From: an uncultured Pseudomonadales bacterium
Lineage (GTDB): Bacteria > Patescibacteriota > Microgenomatia > UBA1400 > PJMF01
Assembly (NCBI GenBank): GCA_964457085.1
Contig: CAYWDM010000001.1
Location: forward strand, 45,082 to 109,081
DNA length: 64,000 bases
Direction: 5' to 3'
Shown: piece by piece, positions 55,187 through 64,000 of the stretch
Numbering within the stretch: the stretch's first letter is position 1
Layout of the letters: every line of letters begins with the position of its first letter
Translations under genes and position numbers: made by a program
The notes under the pieces: generated by a model
The model's database searches: none
Seen by the model: the letters and a program-made list of their open reading frames with translations, nothing else
What the model was told of the DNA's origin: nothing

Positions 55187-56812
55187 GTGACTAATCGGAG
55201 CCAATTATTTGCGTTTCTCAAGAAACCCCAGACACTAACGCTGGCAATCGTCGTTTTAGCACTGTCACTAAGACTGCCATTACTGAGTGGGTCATTGTGG
55301 ATGGACGAAGCTGCACAAGCACTCGAGAGTATCCGACCACTAACGCAACAACTCCAAATTCGTGACGATTTTCAACCGCCATTACTACACCTGATCACTC
55401 ATTTTGCCCTACGCATCAGTCACAGCGAGTGGTGGCTCCGCTGGTGGGGAGCAGTGCTGCCAGGAGTTTTAACTATTTGGCTGGTTCCCTCAATTGCCCA
55501 AACTCTATTCACCATACCAAACAAAACTAACACCAAAATATCAGCCGGGATAATTGGGTCGATTGCTGCTTTTTGGTTGGCCACCAATAGTTTTCATGTT
55601 TTTTTCTCTCAAGAACTACGGCCGTACAGTCTAGCTGCACTCTTTGCAATCTTGAGCTGGTTGTTACTGCTTAAAAACTCCCCCAGACGATGGTTCATCC
55701 TCGCAAGTCTTGCCGGACTGTATTCAACCTATTTATACCCCTTTGTCTTAATCGGCCAATTTGGTTATTTATTGCTGTGGGATCGCAAGTCTTGGTTATC
55801 ACATCTATTTACTGGAGCGTTGATTATCTTGGGATTTGCCCCTTGGATGCCTAGTTTTTTTGGTCAACTCCAAGCTGGACAACAGTTACGGCTTGATCTG
55901 CCTGGGTGGGAAAGCGTTGTCAGTTTTTCGCAACTTAAAGTTCTGCCACTGCTCTTTGGGAAATGGTTGTTTGGACTTCGAGATTTAGCTCTCACTTGGC
56001 CATGGCTCAGTTCGCTGGTTATTTTTTTTGGACTCACTAGTTACATCTCATGGAATCTCTGGAAATCAAGTGAAAATACCACCTTGAGAATTGAGTTTCA
56101 AAAACTCACCAAACTGGTTGTTGGTTGGGGAGTGATACCACTCATCACAGCTTGGGTGGTGTCTTTTTGGGTGCCTGTAATTCAACCCAAACGGGTGCTA
56201 TGGCTCTGGCCACTGGGAGCACTGCTGCTTGCTTGGTTGCTCGTGAGTGCCGTTTGCAGTAAGTCCTCCAGCACCAAAGTAGCAGGGTTAATACTCGGTG
56301 TGTTCCTACTAATACTCAATGTGGTTGGACTCACAGATTATTACTCCAATCCACTGCTCCAACGAGAAGACTGGAGAGGTCTGCAACAAAAAATTACACA
56401 GGGATATTCTCCAGGCAGTACTATTTTAATTTTTGGCTTCCCGGCACCATTTGCCAGTTGGCAGTGGTACGACCAAAACACATTTCCCAGCATCAGCACC
56501 GGTTATTTATCTGAGAAATCACCTGAATATGTGCATGTATTGCTGAACCAAGTTTCTGAGTATCGATTTGTGCTCGTTTTTGACTATCTCCGAACCCTGA
56601 CTGATCCTCAAAACCTAATACTCACCAGCCTCGAAAGTTCTGGCTACAAGGGTGTTGGAGTCATTGATACGCCTAACATTGGCTTTGTTCGAATTTACAC
56701 TCGACCAGATAATTTGCTTGGCCTCAACACCAATCCAGGTGGTTTGCTAAGTCAGTCAGATCAATTAAACTGGGTGACGTCAACAATAGACTTACAAGGA
56801 AATAACCCATGA
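55187..56812 (+). CDS. GT-C membrane glycosyltransferase, ArnT/PMT-like (more divergent fifth paralog)
   Basis: LRLPLLSGSLWMDEAAQA N-terminal loop motif; 12-13 TM helices; C-terminal soluble domain. Confidence 0.55.
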   Translation: MTNRSQLFAFLKKPQTLTLAIVVLALSLRLPLLSGSLWMDEAAQALESIRPLTQQLQIRDDFQPPLLHLITHFALRISHSEWWLRWWGAVLPGVLTIWLVPSIAQTLFTIPNKTNTKISAGIIGSIAAFWLATNSFHVFFSQELRPYSLAALFAILSWLLLLKNSPRRWFILASLAGLYSTYLYPFVLIGQFGYLLLWDRKSWLSHLFTGALIILGFAPWMPSFFGQLQAGQQLRLDLPGWESVVSFSQLKVLPLLFGKWLFGLRDLALTWPWLSSLVIFFGLTSYISWNLWKSSENTTLRIEFQKLTKLVVGWGVIPLITAWVVSFWVPVIQPKRVLWLWPLGALLLAWLLVSAVCSKSSSTKVAGLILGVFLLILNVVGLTDYYSNPLLQREDWRGLQQKITQGYSPGSTILIFGFPAPFASWQWYDQNTFPSISTGYLSEKSPEYVHVLLNQVSEYRFVLVFDYLRTLTDPQNLILTSLESSGYKGVGVIDTPNIGFVRIYTRPDNLLGLNTNPGGLLSQSDQLNWVTSTIDLQGNNP

Positions 56813-57957
56813 TGAACGTCGGTATCGATATCACCAGCTTGCTCTATGACCGCGGCGTCTCTCGGTATACCAATAATCTAGTCAGAGCATTGTCTAAACA
56901 ACCAACGGTGGCATTAAAACTTTTCGGTTCAAGTTGGCGTCAGCGAAGCGTCTTGGCTAAACGAGCAAAAGATATTTTATTAAAACGACCCAGTAGACTA
57001 CATGAGGTGAATATCCAACCATGGCCACCTAGCATGTTGTCTTGGCTATGGAGATATAACCAAGCACCAGTTAGCAAGCTATTTCCAGACTTAACCGTGA
57101 TCCACAGTTGGGATTGGTTGCAACCACCAGACAAAGACATTCCCTTAGTTTCCACCATCCATGATCTTGCCATTCTCAAGTTCCCCGATACTGCCCACCC
57201 AGATATTTTGGCGGCACATCGTCGATCATGGGATGTACTCAGAGAACGACAGGCGAAAATCATTGCTGTCAGTCAAGCTACGAAGCGCGACATCGTTGAA
57301 CTGCTGCATATTCCACAATATGACATTACTGTCATCCCCGAAGCATTGCCCATGGAAATTAGAGAAACCGCCAGATTGCTTGATGCCAATGAAGAGTTGT
57401 ATTATCAAATTAAACGCAGTCTAGAACTTACCAAACCCTACATTTTTTTTGTGGGTACCAGAGAACCTCGAAAAAATCTCTTAAAGCTCATCGAAGCCTG
57501 GAAACCTCTGGCGAATGAGCTGCAATTAATCATTGCCGGTGCCGCTGGTTGGGATACTACTAGCAGCGCAACTTTTGATCACCCCAATTTACGTTTCCTG
57601 GGTAAGGTGAGTGATGAACAACTTGAGGTGCTGTACAACAACGCAGAAGCATTTGTATATCCCAGTATCTACGAAGGTTTTGGCTTGCCGATCCTTGAAG
57701 CTTTTTATCACCTCAAACCAGTGGTAGCTGCAAATATTCCCGCTATTGCAGAAGTTGCTGGCAATGCCGCAGTTTTGGTAGATCCGTATGACGCCGAAGC
57801 AATTCGCAACGGAATCTTAAAAGTACTCAATGAAACACCAGAACAGCAGCAGATCAGAGCCCAGCGAATGGTGATTCGTGGTCAGATGTTTGATTGGGAC
57901 AGAGTCGCTACTGCTACAATTGAGGTATATCAATCAGCGGTTAAGGAGCGCGGTTAA
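56809..57957 (+). CDS. GT4 (Glycos_transf_1) glycosyltransferase
   Basis: VYPSIYEGFGLPILEAFYHLKPVVAANIPAIAEVAG block; ATGA overlap with the upstream gene. Confidence 0.85.
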   Translation: MMNVGIDITSLLYDRGVSRYTNNLVRALSKQPTVALKLFGSSWRQRSVLAKRAKDILLKRPSRLHEVNIQPWPPSMLSWLWRYNQAPVSKLFPDLTVIHSWDWLQPPDKDIPLVSTIHDLAILKFPDTAHPDILAAHRRSWDVLRERQAKIIAVSQATKRDIVELLHIPQYDITVIPEALPMEIRETARLLDANEELYYQIKRSLELTKPYIFFVGTREPRKNLLKLIEAWKPLANELQLIIAGAAGWDTTSSATFDHPNLRFLGKVSDEQLEVLYNNAEAFVYPSIYEGFGLPILEAFYHLKPVVAANIPAIAEVAGNAAVLVDPYDAEAIRNGILKVLNETPEQQQIRAQRMVIRGQMFDWDRVATATIEVYQSAVKERG

Positions 57958-57960
57958 TCC

Positions 57961-59232
57961 ATGGCGGTCGATACTTCCACCACCAAAGACACCCCCCAAA
58001 CCCTGCCACCTCGGCTGCGTTTTGCCATTGACGGAAACGAAGCTAATGTCAGCAATCGTGTCGGCAGCAATGTCTATGCCTTTGAAATAGTTCGACATCT
58101 TGAGTTGATTACTCGCAACCGACCTGATATCAGCAGCACCATATTATTATCTGCTCCTCCACAAGAACACCTACCCACAGCCCGAGTTGGTTGGGAGTAT
58201 TTAGTTGTTTCACCATCCCGACTCTGGACGCAGTGGGCCCTACCGATTCACATCTTTTGGCATAAAGCTGACTACGATGTGTTGTTTACTCCAGGCCATT
58301 ATGGTCCTCGATTCTCTTCCATTCCCTACGTGAGTTCGGTAATGGATCTGGCATTTCTCAAATTTCCTGATGATTTTAAAATGAGTGATTTACTGCAGTT
58401 GAAAGCATGGACCGAATATAGCGTTAAGCGAGCAGCTACTGTTGTTGCCATTAGCGAATTCACCAAAAAAGAAATCGTTCGCTATTACAATAAATCCCAA
58501 AAAGATATTGTTGTCGCATATCCAGATATTTCTCTAAAACCAAAGTATAGCTTTAAACGCTTCGTGCACTTTTTGAAAGCTCACCAAATCACCGGTCCAT
58601 ATATCCTCAGTGTCGGCACTATCCAACCTAGAAAAAATCTCATTCGTCTAATCGAGGCTTTTGAAAATATTGCCGATGACATCACTATCAGCAAATCAAT
58701 CCCACAGCCACTGTTGGCAAAGAAGTCGATCCGCAACGTCTTAGCAGGCAAACAGAAATCCAAACCAGCAGAACCGCTAAAATTAGTTTTGGCTGGCAAA
58801 ATTGGTTGGTTGGCAGAAGAAATTCTCCAAAAAATCAACCAATCACCACTAAAGGATCGAATCATCATGACCGGATTTGTGCCTGATGACCTCAAATCAC
58901 CGCTCTATGAGCATAGTGTCTGTACTGCCATGGTCAGTCCCTACGAAGGTTTTGGCATTCCAGCGTTGGAAGCTATGGCCAGCGGTGGCATTGCTATGGT
59001 CGCCAACACCGCCAGTCTACCGGAAGTAGTGGGAGATGCCGGCATTTTGGTCAATCCCAACAACGCCGGCTCCATTGCCAATGGCTTACTCCAAACACTA
59101 CACTTGACCGCCAAAGAACGTTCTCGTTTAATCAAGCTCGGGCAACTGCAGTGCTCCAAATTTAGTTGGCAGCAATCTGCTACTGCGATATTGCAGATTC
59201 TAGAATCACTGGCCGACAAATCTCTGACATGA
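57961..59232 (+). CDS. GT4 (Glycos_transf_1) glycosyltransferase
   Basis: VSPYEGFGIPALEAMASGGIAMVANTASLPEVVGDAG block. Confidence 0.85.
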   Translation: MAVDTSTTKDTPQTLPPRLRFAIDGNEANVSNRVGSNVYAFEIVRHLELITRNRPDISSTILLSAPPQEHLPTARVGWEYLVVSPSRLWTQWALPIHIFWHKADYDVLFTPGHYGPRFSSIPYVSSVMDLAFLKFPDDFKMSDLLQLKAWTEYSVKRAATVVAISEFTKKEIVRYYNKSQKDIVVAYPDISLKPKYSFKRFVHFLKAHQITGPYILSVGTIQPRKNLIRLIEAFENIADDITISKSIPQPLLAKKSIRNVLAGKQKSKPAEPLKLVLAGKIGWLAEEILQKINQSPLKDRIIMTGFVPDDLKSPLYEHSVCTAMVSPYEGFGIPALEAMASGGIAMVANTASLPEVVGDAGILVNPNNAGSIANGLLQTLHLTAKERSRLIKLGQLQCSKFSWQQSATAILQILESLADKSLT

Positions 59233-59738
59233 CGGCTGCCACACCCACTACCATTATCGGCATTGACCCTGGATATGATCGACTTGGCTGGGCAATTGGC
59301 CAACTCGATACCCACAAACACTGGACTAGTATCGACTATGGCTGCATCCAAACAGATGCAAAACAAACAATTTTTGAACGATATCGTGAAATCCAAACTG
59401 AACTAACTGCATTACTTGAGGAATTTCATCCTAATACTGCAGGTATTGAAGCCGTGTTCTTTAGCAACAATCAAAAAACTGCTATGCGCGTCAGCGAAGT
59501 ACGAGGACTCATCATCAGCGAGTTGCTGCGAAATCAAGTAACAGTCTGTGAATTTACCCCAAATCAAATCAAACAAGCAGTTACTGGTTTTGGCAGTGCT
59601 GATAAGACTGCAGTTGCGAAAATGGTACAAAGTACGTTACAACTAGAGCATATCGCTGTGGTCGATGACGCCATGGATGCCTTGGCGACACTCATCACCT
59701 GTCAATCTTGGCTCGGAAAACCACCTCCACAGCTCTAA
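59229..59738 (+). CDS. ruvC: crossover junction endodeoxyribonuclease RuvC
   Basis: IIGIDPGYDRLGWAI N-terminal catalytic block and FFSNNQKTAMRVSEVRG. Start at ATG 59229, giving an ATGA overlap with the GT4 stop. Confidence 0.88.
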   Translation: MTAATPTTIIGIDPGYDRLGWAIGQLDTHKHWTSIDYGCIQTDAKQTIFERYREIQTELTALLEEFHPNTAGIEAVFFSNNQKTAMRVSEVRGLIISELLRNQVTVCEFTPNQIKQAVTGFGSADKTAVAKMVQSTLQLEHIAVVDDAMDALATLITCQSWLGKPPPQL

Positions 59739-59745
59739 ACAAAGC

Positions 59746-60318
59746 ATGATCGCATTTATTACCGGACGGTCTGAAGTTTTATCTGATCAAGTTATTATTC
59801 ATACCGCAAGCGGGGTAGGGTATGGCGTGACTGTAGGTAGTCGACTAGCGGCCAAACTAAGCACGCAGTTAGATTCCTCTCTGTATATCCACACTTTTGT
59901 GAAGGAAGATCGCTTAGAGCTCTATGGTTTCGCCACTATTGAAGAAAAAAGACTATTTACTACCGTGCTTGATGTCTCAGGTGTCGGACCAAAAACTGCC
60001 ATCGCTCTCATTGATGCAGGAGCCGATCGACTGATTACCAGTGTCCAGCAAGCAGATTTAAGTTTTTTCACCTCTGTACCTAGAGTCGGCAAAAAACTTG
60101 GCCAAAAAATCATCATTGAACTCACTTCGAAACTAGGCAGTCTGAAACAACTTGACTTAGGGCCAGTCTCACCCCAAAAACAAGACGTGATCGATGCACT
60201 CACTAACCTTGGCTTTACGCCAGAGCTAGCTGCAGATGCAGTCAGTCAAATCCCAGTTGATGAACTGCCACTGGGTGCAGCCATTAAAGCTGCCGTTAAA
60301 ATTGCTGGTAAAGTGTAA
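59746..60318 (+). CDS. ruvA: Holliday junction DNA helicase subunit RuvA
   Basis: MIAFITGR N-terminus, the (HhH)2 region VSGVGPKTAIALI, and a C-terminal domain III. Start at ATG 59746. Confidence 0.85.
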   Translation: MIAFITGRSEVLSDQVIIHTASGVGYGVTVGSRLAAKLSTQLDSSLYIHTFVKEDRLELYGFATIEEKRLFTTVLDVSGVGPKTAIALIDAGADRLITSVQQADLSFFTSVPRVGKKLGQKIIIELTSKLGSLKQLDLGPVSPQKQDVIDALTNLGFTPELAADAVSQIPVDELPLGAAIKAAVKIAGKV

Positions 60319-60328
60319 TTGAATTACT

Positions 60329-61384
60329 ATGAATCAACGTTTTCATCATCAGCCAGTTCCACCAAAACCACCTGTGACATCTGTTGTCCAAGAGCTGGTC
60401 AGCAAACCATCTCCAGATGAGGAAATGCTGTTCACTTCTCTTCGAGCCCAGAGTTGGGACGATTTTTCGGGGCAAGCCACGGTCAAAAAATCACTCCGAA
60501 TTGCTATTGGTGCTACTAAAAAACGTCATGAGCCACTTGATCACATTTTACTGTATGGCCCTCCAGGTCTAGGCAAAACTACGCTGTCACATTTGGTGGC
60601 AAAAGAGCTTGGCTGTGCCATCAAAATCACTTCAGGCACTGCACTTGCCAAAGCCGGTGACTTAGCGGCCATTCTCACGAACCTTGAAGATGGCGATATT
60701 TTGTTTGTCGATGAGATTCACCGACTACCCAAGATTGTAGAAGAAACACTCTATCCAGCTATGGAAGACTATGCTCTTGATATTGTCATTGGCAAAGGTC
60801 CATCAGCCCGAACTGTAAGACTCGATTTACCTAAGTTCACCTTAATTGGTGCCACTACTCGATTTGGTCTACTAACCGGACCATTTAGAGATCGGTTTGG
60901 AATCATCCACCGTCTTGAATTCTATCAACCTGAAGGTTTGGTTGAGATCATTGGCCAAGCAGCCAAACGGCTCTCGTTTACACTCAGTGCAGACGCTGCT
61001 CTTGCAGTTGCCAAACGTGCTCGAGGTACACCTCGAATTGCATTGAAATTACTCAAGCGAGTGCGAGATTTTGCGGAAGTCCAAGAACAAACAAAAGTAA
61101 CTGACGATACCGTAATTGCTGCTCTATTATTACTGGCCATCGATGAATTGGGACTTGATGAAAATGACCGACAATTTTTATCACTTTTGATCACTAAGCA
61201 TGATGGTGGGCCGGTGGGACTCTCAACGATTGCTGCCACAGTTCGCGAGGATCAAGGCACTATCGAAGAAGTTGTGGAGCCATACCTAATGCAGATTGGC
61301 TTCATGAAGCGAACTAGCCAAGGTAGAGTGGTGACCCCAGCGGCATATCATCATCTGGGATTTCCAACTCCCAAAAATATTTAA
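60329..61384 (+). CDS. ruvB: Holliday junction DNA helicase RuvB
   Basis: AAA+ Walker A LLYGPPGLGKTTL, Walker B ILFVDEIHRL, sensor and arginine-finger region, and a winged-helix C-terminus. Confidence 0.93.
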   Translation: MNQRFHHQPVPPKPPVTSVVQELVSKPSPDEEMLFTSLRAQSWDDFSGQATVKKSLRIAIGATKKRHEPLDHILLYGPPGLGKTTLSHLVAKELGCAIKITSGTALAKAGDLAAILTNLEDGDILFVDEIHRLPKIVEETLYPAMEDYALDIVIGKGPSARTVRLDLPKFTLIGATTRFGLLTGPFRDRFGIIHRLEFYQPEGLVEIIGQAAKRLSFTLSADAALAVAKRARGTPRIALKLLKRVRDFAEVQEQTKVTDDTVIAALLLLAIDELGLDENDRQFLSLLITKHDGGPVGLSTIAATVREDQGTIEEVVEPYLMQIGFMKRTSQGRVVTPAAYHHLGFPTPKNI

Positions 61385-62487
61385 TTAGCACTCCATTTGT
61401 CAATTTTTGTCCAAATTGTTTCCCATTTATAAAGGTGTACTCCTTTTTGTACAAATCCCCATTTTGGCTCTCTCAGCAACTCATTAAATAATATCTGAGC
61501 ACCTTCTTGGTGCATTAATTTCCCTGGATGGGCTTCAGTTTGTGACACAGGCTTCCAGTTGCCCCAATCTTCGACATTAAGACCAAAGATTACTCCATCT
61601 GCCTGATGTACCAATTTTTCATACTCTTTCATTACAAAACTTTGATTTACATGATTAATGTCATCATAGGTAGCACACCAATCGTGACCACCAAAACTAT
61701 TGAAATTAAAGAACATCACTTTTCTGTTGGTTTGGATGTCTTTCACAAATTCCTGCATGTAACAATAATTTGCATATGACTCGGATAGGGTAATTTGTGT
61801 GTGTCGACCTATGATTGTTTCCCAGCTACTACTCTCAGGAGAAAACTGTTCCCAAAATTCTGGTTGAGTGCAGATTTTTCGCAGCCGTTCATGTATTTGA
61901 TCCTCTCCTGGATATTTGTCTGAAGGCGACTCAAAATCATTCCAAACCATACCTACGATATATAAATCTGGTTTTAAATAACGCTCTGCAGCCTCAAAAT
62001 TCGCATAATATTCAAGTCCGTCATCAGCCAACTGAGCAAAGGAATACACCTTGGTGGGACGAACTATATTCATTCTTTGTTCAAGCAAAGTTGTGATTCG
62101 TTCGGTTTCCAAAACACCAATGCCATATACATATGAATCCCCAATGAAAGCAACTTTAAACACTTTTGAGTTATATTTTTCTGGATAATCAGTATTTTCA
62201 GCCACATGCTTCCACAAAGTCCGCAGATCTTTGAGTCGATGCTCAACTAAAAATGGTAGCTTGCCTGCACCAAGCAAGTTATAGGTTTTTTCCTCTGGTA
62301 CGTATCCATATGCTGACCATTTTTGATAAATTACCTTGTCAAAATGCTCAAGTTCAATTTTTCTAACTCCAAAAAATACCGCCACTCCAACCGAGAGTAA
62401 TAAAACGGTAAATTTTAAAACAAAACCCAATAGTGTCCTCTTATATTTAATTAATAAATTTGCCATAAAACATCCGAATATAGTCAA
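61381..62487 (-). CDS. membrane-anchored SGNH/GDSL-like hydrolase
   Basis: N-terminal TM anchor, then a GDS block (KVAFIGDSYVYGIG); a later SGNH block is plausible (GMVWNDFE). Confidence 0.45.
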   Translation of the reverse strand: MTIFGCFMANLLIKYKRTLLGFVLKFTVLLLSVGVAVFFGVRKIELEHFDKVIYQKWSAYGYVPEEKTYNLLGAGKLPFLVEHRLKDLRTLWKHVAENTDYPEKYNSKVFKVAFIGDSYVYGIGVLETERITTLLEQRMNIVRPTKVYSFAQLADDGLEYYANFEAAERYLKPDLYIVGMVWNDFESPSDKYPGEDQIHERLRKICTQPEFWEQFSPESSSWETIIGRHTQITLSESYANYCYMQEFVKDIQTNRKVMFFNFNSFGGHDWCATYDDINHVNQSFVMKEYEKLVHQADGVIFGLNVEDWGNWKPVSQTEAHPGKLMHQEGAQILFNELLREPKWGFVQKGVHLYKWETIWTKIDKWSAN

Positions 62488-62531
62488 GATACTATCCTAT
62501 CGGGTATACTGCTTGTCAAGGTAGCTTTTTT

Positions 62532-63158
62532 ATGTCTATTTTTGTCGACAAACACGGACGTCACTTGAGCAACGATGAAGCTTTTTCTAGAATAGTGATT
62601 AGATTTCAAACTATTTGGCTGGAAATAGTGACCGGCTGGTTGTGGTGGGGCGTCGGCTCAATTCCATTTCATAGTCTGCGAATTTTTTTCTATACTCTAG
62701 CAGGCATGGAACTGGGCAAAGGTTCAACCATTCATATGCAAGCCAGAATCTATGATCCCAGACACATTCGCATTGGTGAGGATACCTTAATCGGCGAAAA
62801 AGCCACTCTCGATGGTCGCAAACAACTTCCAAACTCAAAAGGTGGCCTTACCATCGGAAATCATGTAGATATCGCCTCAGAAGTGATGATCTGGACCAGT
62901 GAACATGACATCCATTCAGCAGACATGCATGCTATAGAACAAGCCGTAGTAATTGAAGATTATGTTTTTATTGGGCCACGAGCCATCATTTTGCCTGGAG
63001 TTACGATTGGACGTGGGGCAATTATTGCCGCTGGTGCAGTTGTTACCAAATCAGTCGAGCCTGGAGATATCGTGGCTGGCACACCTGCCAAACCAATTGC
63101 CAAAAGACAACAAACTCAATTTTCATATCGATTAGGTAGACCAAGATTTTTTCAATAA
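62532..63158 (+). CDS. hexapeptide-repeat (left-handed beta-helix) acetyltransferase, WcaF-like
   Basis: Repeating [LIV]G-x-x-x-x hexads (IGEDTLIGEKATL, IGNHVDIASEVMI, IGPRAIILPGVTIGRGAIIAAGAVV) and an N-terminal hydrophobic segment as in WcaF-type sugar O-acetyltransferases. Confidence 0.8.
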   Translation: MSIFVDKHGRHLSNDEAFSRIVIRFQTIWLEIVTGWLWWGVGSIPFHSLRIFFYTLAGMELGKGSTIHMQARIYDPRHIRIGEDTLIGEKATLDGRKQLPNSKGGLTIGNHVDIASEVMIWTSEHDIHSADMHAIEQAVVIEDYVFIGPRAIILPGVTIGRGAIIAAGAVVTKSVEPGDIVAGTPAKPIAKRQQTQFSYRLGRPRFFQ

Positions 63159-63166
63159 ACGTATTT

Positions 63167-64000
63167 ATGCCAAGAAATCCCATCGTCCTCTCAATCATTG
63201 TTGTTTCTTACAATACTAAAGAACTAACCCTCCAAACCCTTAAATCAGCAATCACTGACATCCATCACAGTCGACTGCTGCACGGTAAAACTGAAATATT
63301 TTTAGTTGATAATAATTCACATGACGGTTCTCCAGCTGCTTGCCAGGCATTGTTTGAAGAGTTGCATTTTCCTCATTTTCAGGTCTTCGCCAATACCGAT
63401 AATCTAGGTTTTGCCAAAGCAAATAATCAGGCTGCAGAACAGTCTCATGGTGAGTTCGTGCTGTTACTCAATTCGGATACCATTACCCATTCCGGTGCTT
63501 TAGAAACTCTAGTCAAGACATTCCAAGAACACCCCATCCAAGATGAAACAGCGTTTGCTACAAACTCAACTGCAACTGATCGACTGGGAATGCTGACTCC
63601 AAAGTTGCACAACCCAGATGGCTCATGGCAACGACAGGGTGGTGATCTGCCAACTCTATTCAGCATATTTGCTCAAATGAGCCTTATAGACGACATTCCA
63701 CTCATCGGTGGCTTATTACCCTCAACTCAACATACTGGCCAACACGGCCTCAATCTTGAGCATGACGAATCAGATATCGTACCCCTAGGTTGGATCGCAG
63801 GCACAGCTCTGATGATTCGCCGCAGCATGGCAGAGGAAATCGGCTGGCTGGACGGTAATATTTTTATGTATGGTGAAGATATGGAATATTGCCTCCGTGC
63901 CAAAAATCACCACTGGGATGTGGCCATTCAACCAAAAGCAATTATCACTCACTATGGCTGTGCCAGTTCATCTTCAGAAAATGCTATTCTTGGTGAGGTG
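63167..64000 (+). CDS. GT2 glycosyltransferase, 3' partial (runs off the window end)
   Basis: LSIIVVSYNTKELT...FLVDNNSHDGS...NLGFAKANNQA...LLLNSDT GT2 blocks. No stop before 64000. Confidence 0.75.
   Translation, partial: MPRNPIVLSIIVVSYNTKELTLQTLKSAITDIHHSRLLHGKTEIFLVDNNSHDGSPAACQALFEELHFPHFQVFANTDNLGFAKANNQAAEQSHGEFVLLLNSDTITHSGALETLVKTFQEHPIQDETAFATNSTATDRLGMLTPKLHNPDGSWQRQGGDLPTLFSIFAQMSLIDDIPLIGGLLPSTQHTGQHGLNLEHDESDIVPLGWIAGTALMIRRSMAEEIGWLDGNIFMYGEDMEYCLRAKNHHWDVAIQPKAIITHYGCASSSSENAILGEV

Noticed and set aside
1-64000. CRISPR arrays, rRNA or tRNA genes, and IS elements, transposases or integrases flanking the low-GC cassette.
   Set aside because: There are no regularly spaced direct repeats and no ORF with DDE-transposase, tyrosine-recombinase or serine-recombinase motifs. 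The only repeat found is the wzt 5' duplicate, so acquisition by homologous recombination is favoured over a mobile element.

Overview
The window is a densely packed, mostly plus-strand cell-envelope glycan biosynthesis locus. Overall GC looks to be roughly in the low 40s % by eye. The compact gene packing, with ATGA and TAATG start/stop overlaps and five GT-C paralogs, is compatible with a small-genome Patescibacteria/CPR-like bacterium, though this cannot be proven from the sequence alone. Housekeeping genes interrupt the locus: a 3' trmD fragment at the start, argS in the middle, and ruvC-ruvA-ruvB near the end.

Resident content by class:
- dTDP-sugar enzymes: rmlB, rmlD-like, a GalE-like epimerase and a UXS-like UDP-glucuronate decarboxylase.
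- An LCP-family protein and a Wzx-like MOP flippase.
- Eight GT2 and six GT4 (Glycos_transf_1, GT1/GT4) glycosyltransferases, including three WaaE/LgtF-like GT2 paralogs.
- Five ArnT/PMT-like GT-C membrane glycosyltransferases.
- Two further pairs of paralogous polytopic membrane proteins of unknown function.
- An ABC-2 Wzm permease, a secreted Cys-containing protein, a MazG-like/NYN-domain gene pair, and an SGNH-hydrolase/hexapeptide-acetyltransferase pair.

The most striking feature is a visibly AT-richer block of about 17 kb (roughly 32.4-49.6 kb), bounded on the left by a decayed duplicate of the 5' end of the wzt ABC-ATPase gene (about 32118-32372; compare the intact copy from 38245). This block carries its own glycan toolkit:
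- wecD/wecE-like genes for dTDP-Fuc4NAc.
- Two GtrB/ArnC-like polyprenyl-phosphate GT2s, each near a large polytopic membrane protein.
- An intact wzt lacking a carbohydrate-binding C-terminal domain.
- A coiled-coil protein, a tandem-GT4 protein and two further GT4s.
- Four methyltransferases: one FkbM-type, one LAB_N-domain fusion, and two class I-like.
- A flippase-like UPF0104 protein sits at its right edge.

The block looks like a horizontally acquired or recombined glycan serotype cassette that replaced the resident wzt region. No rRNA, tRNA, CRISPR array or transposase/integrase was recognised.
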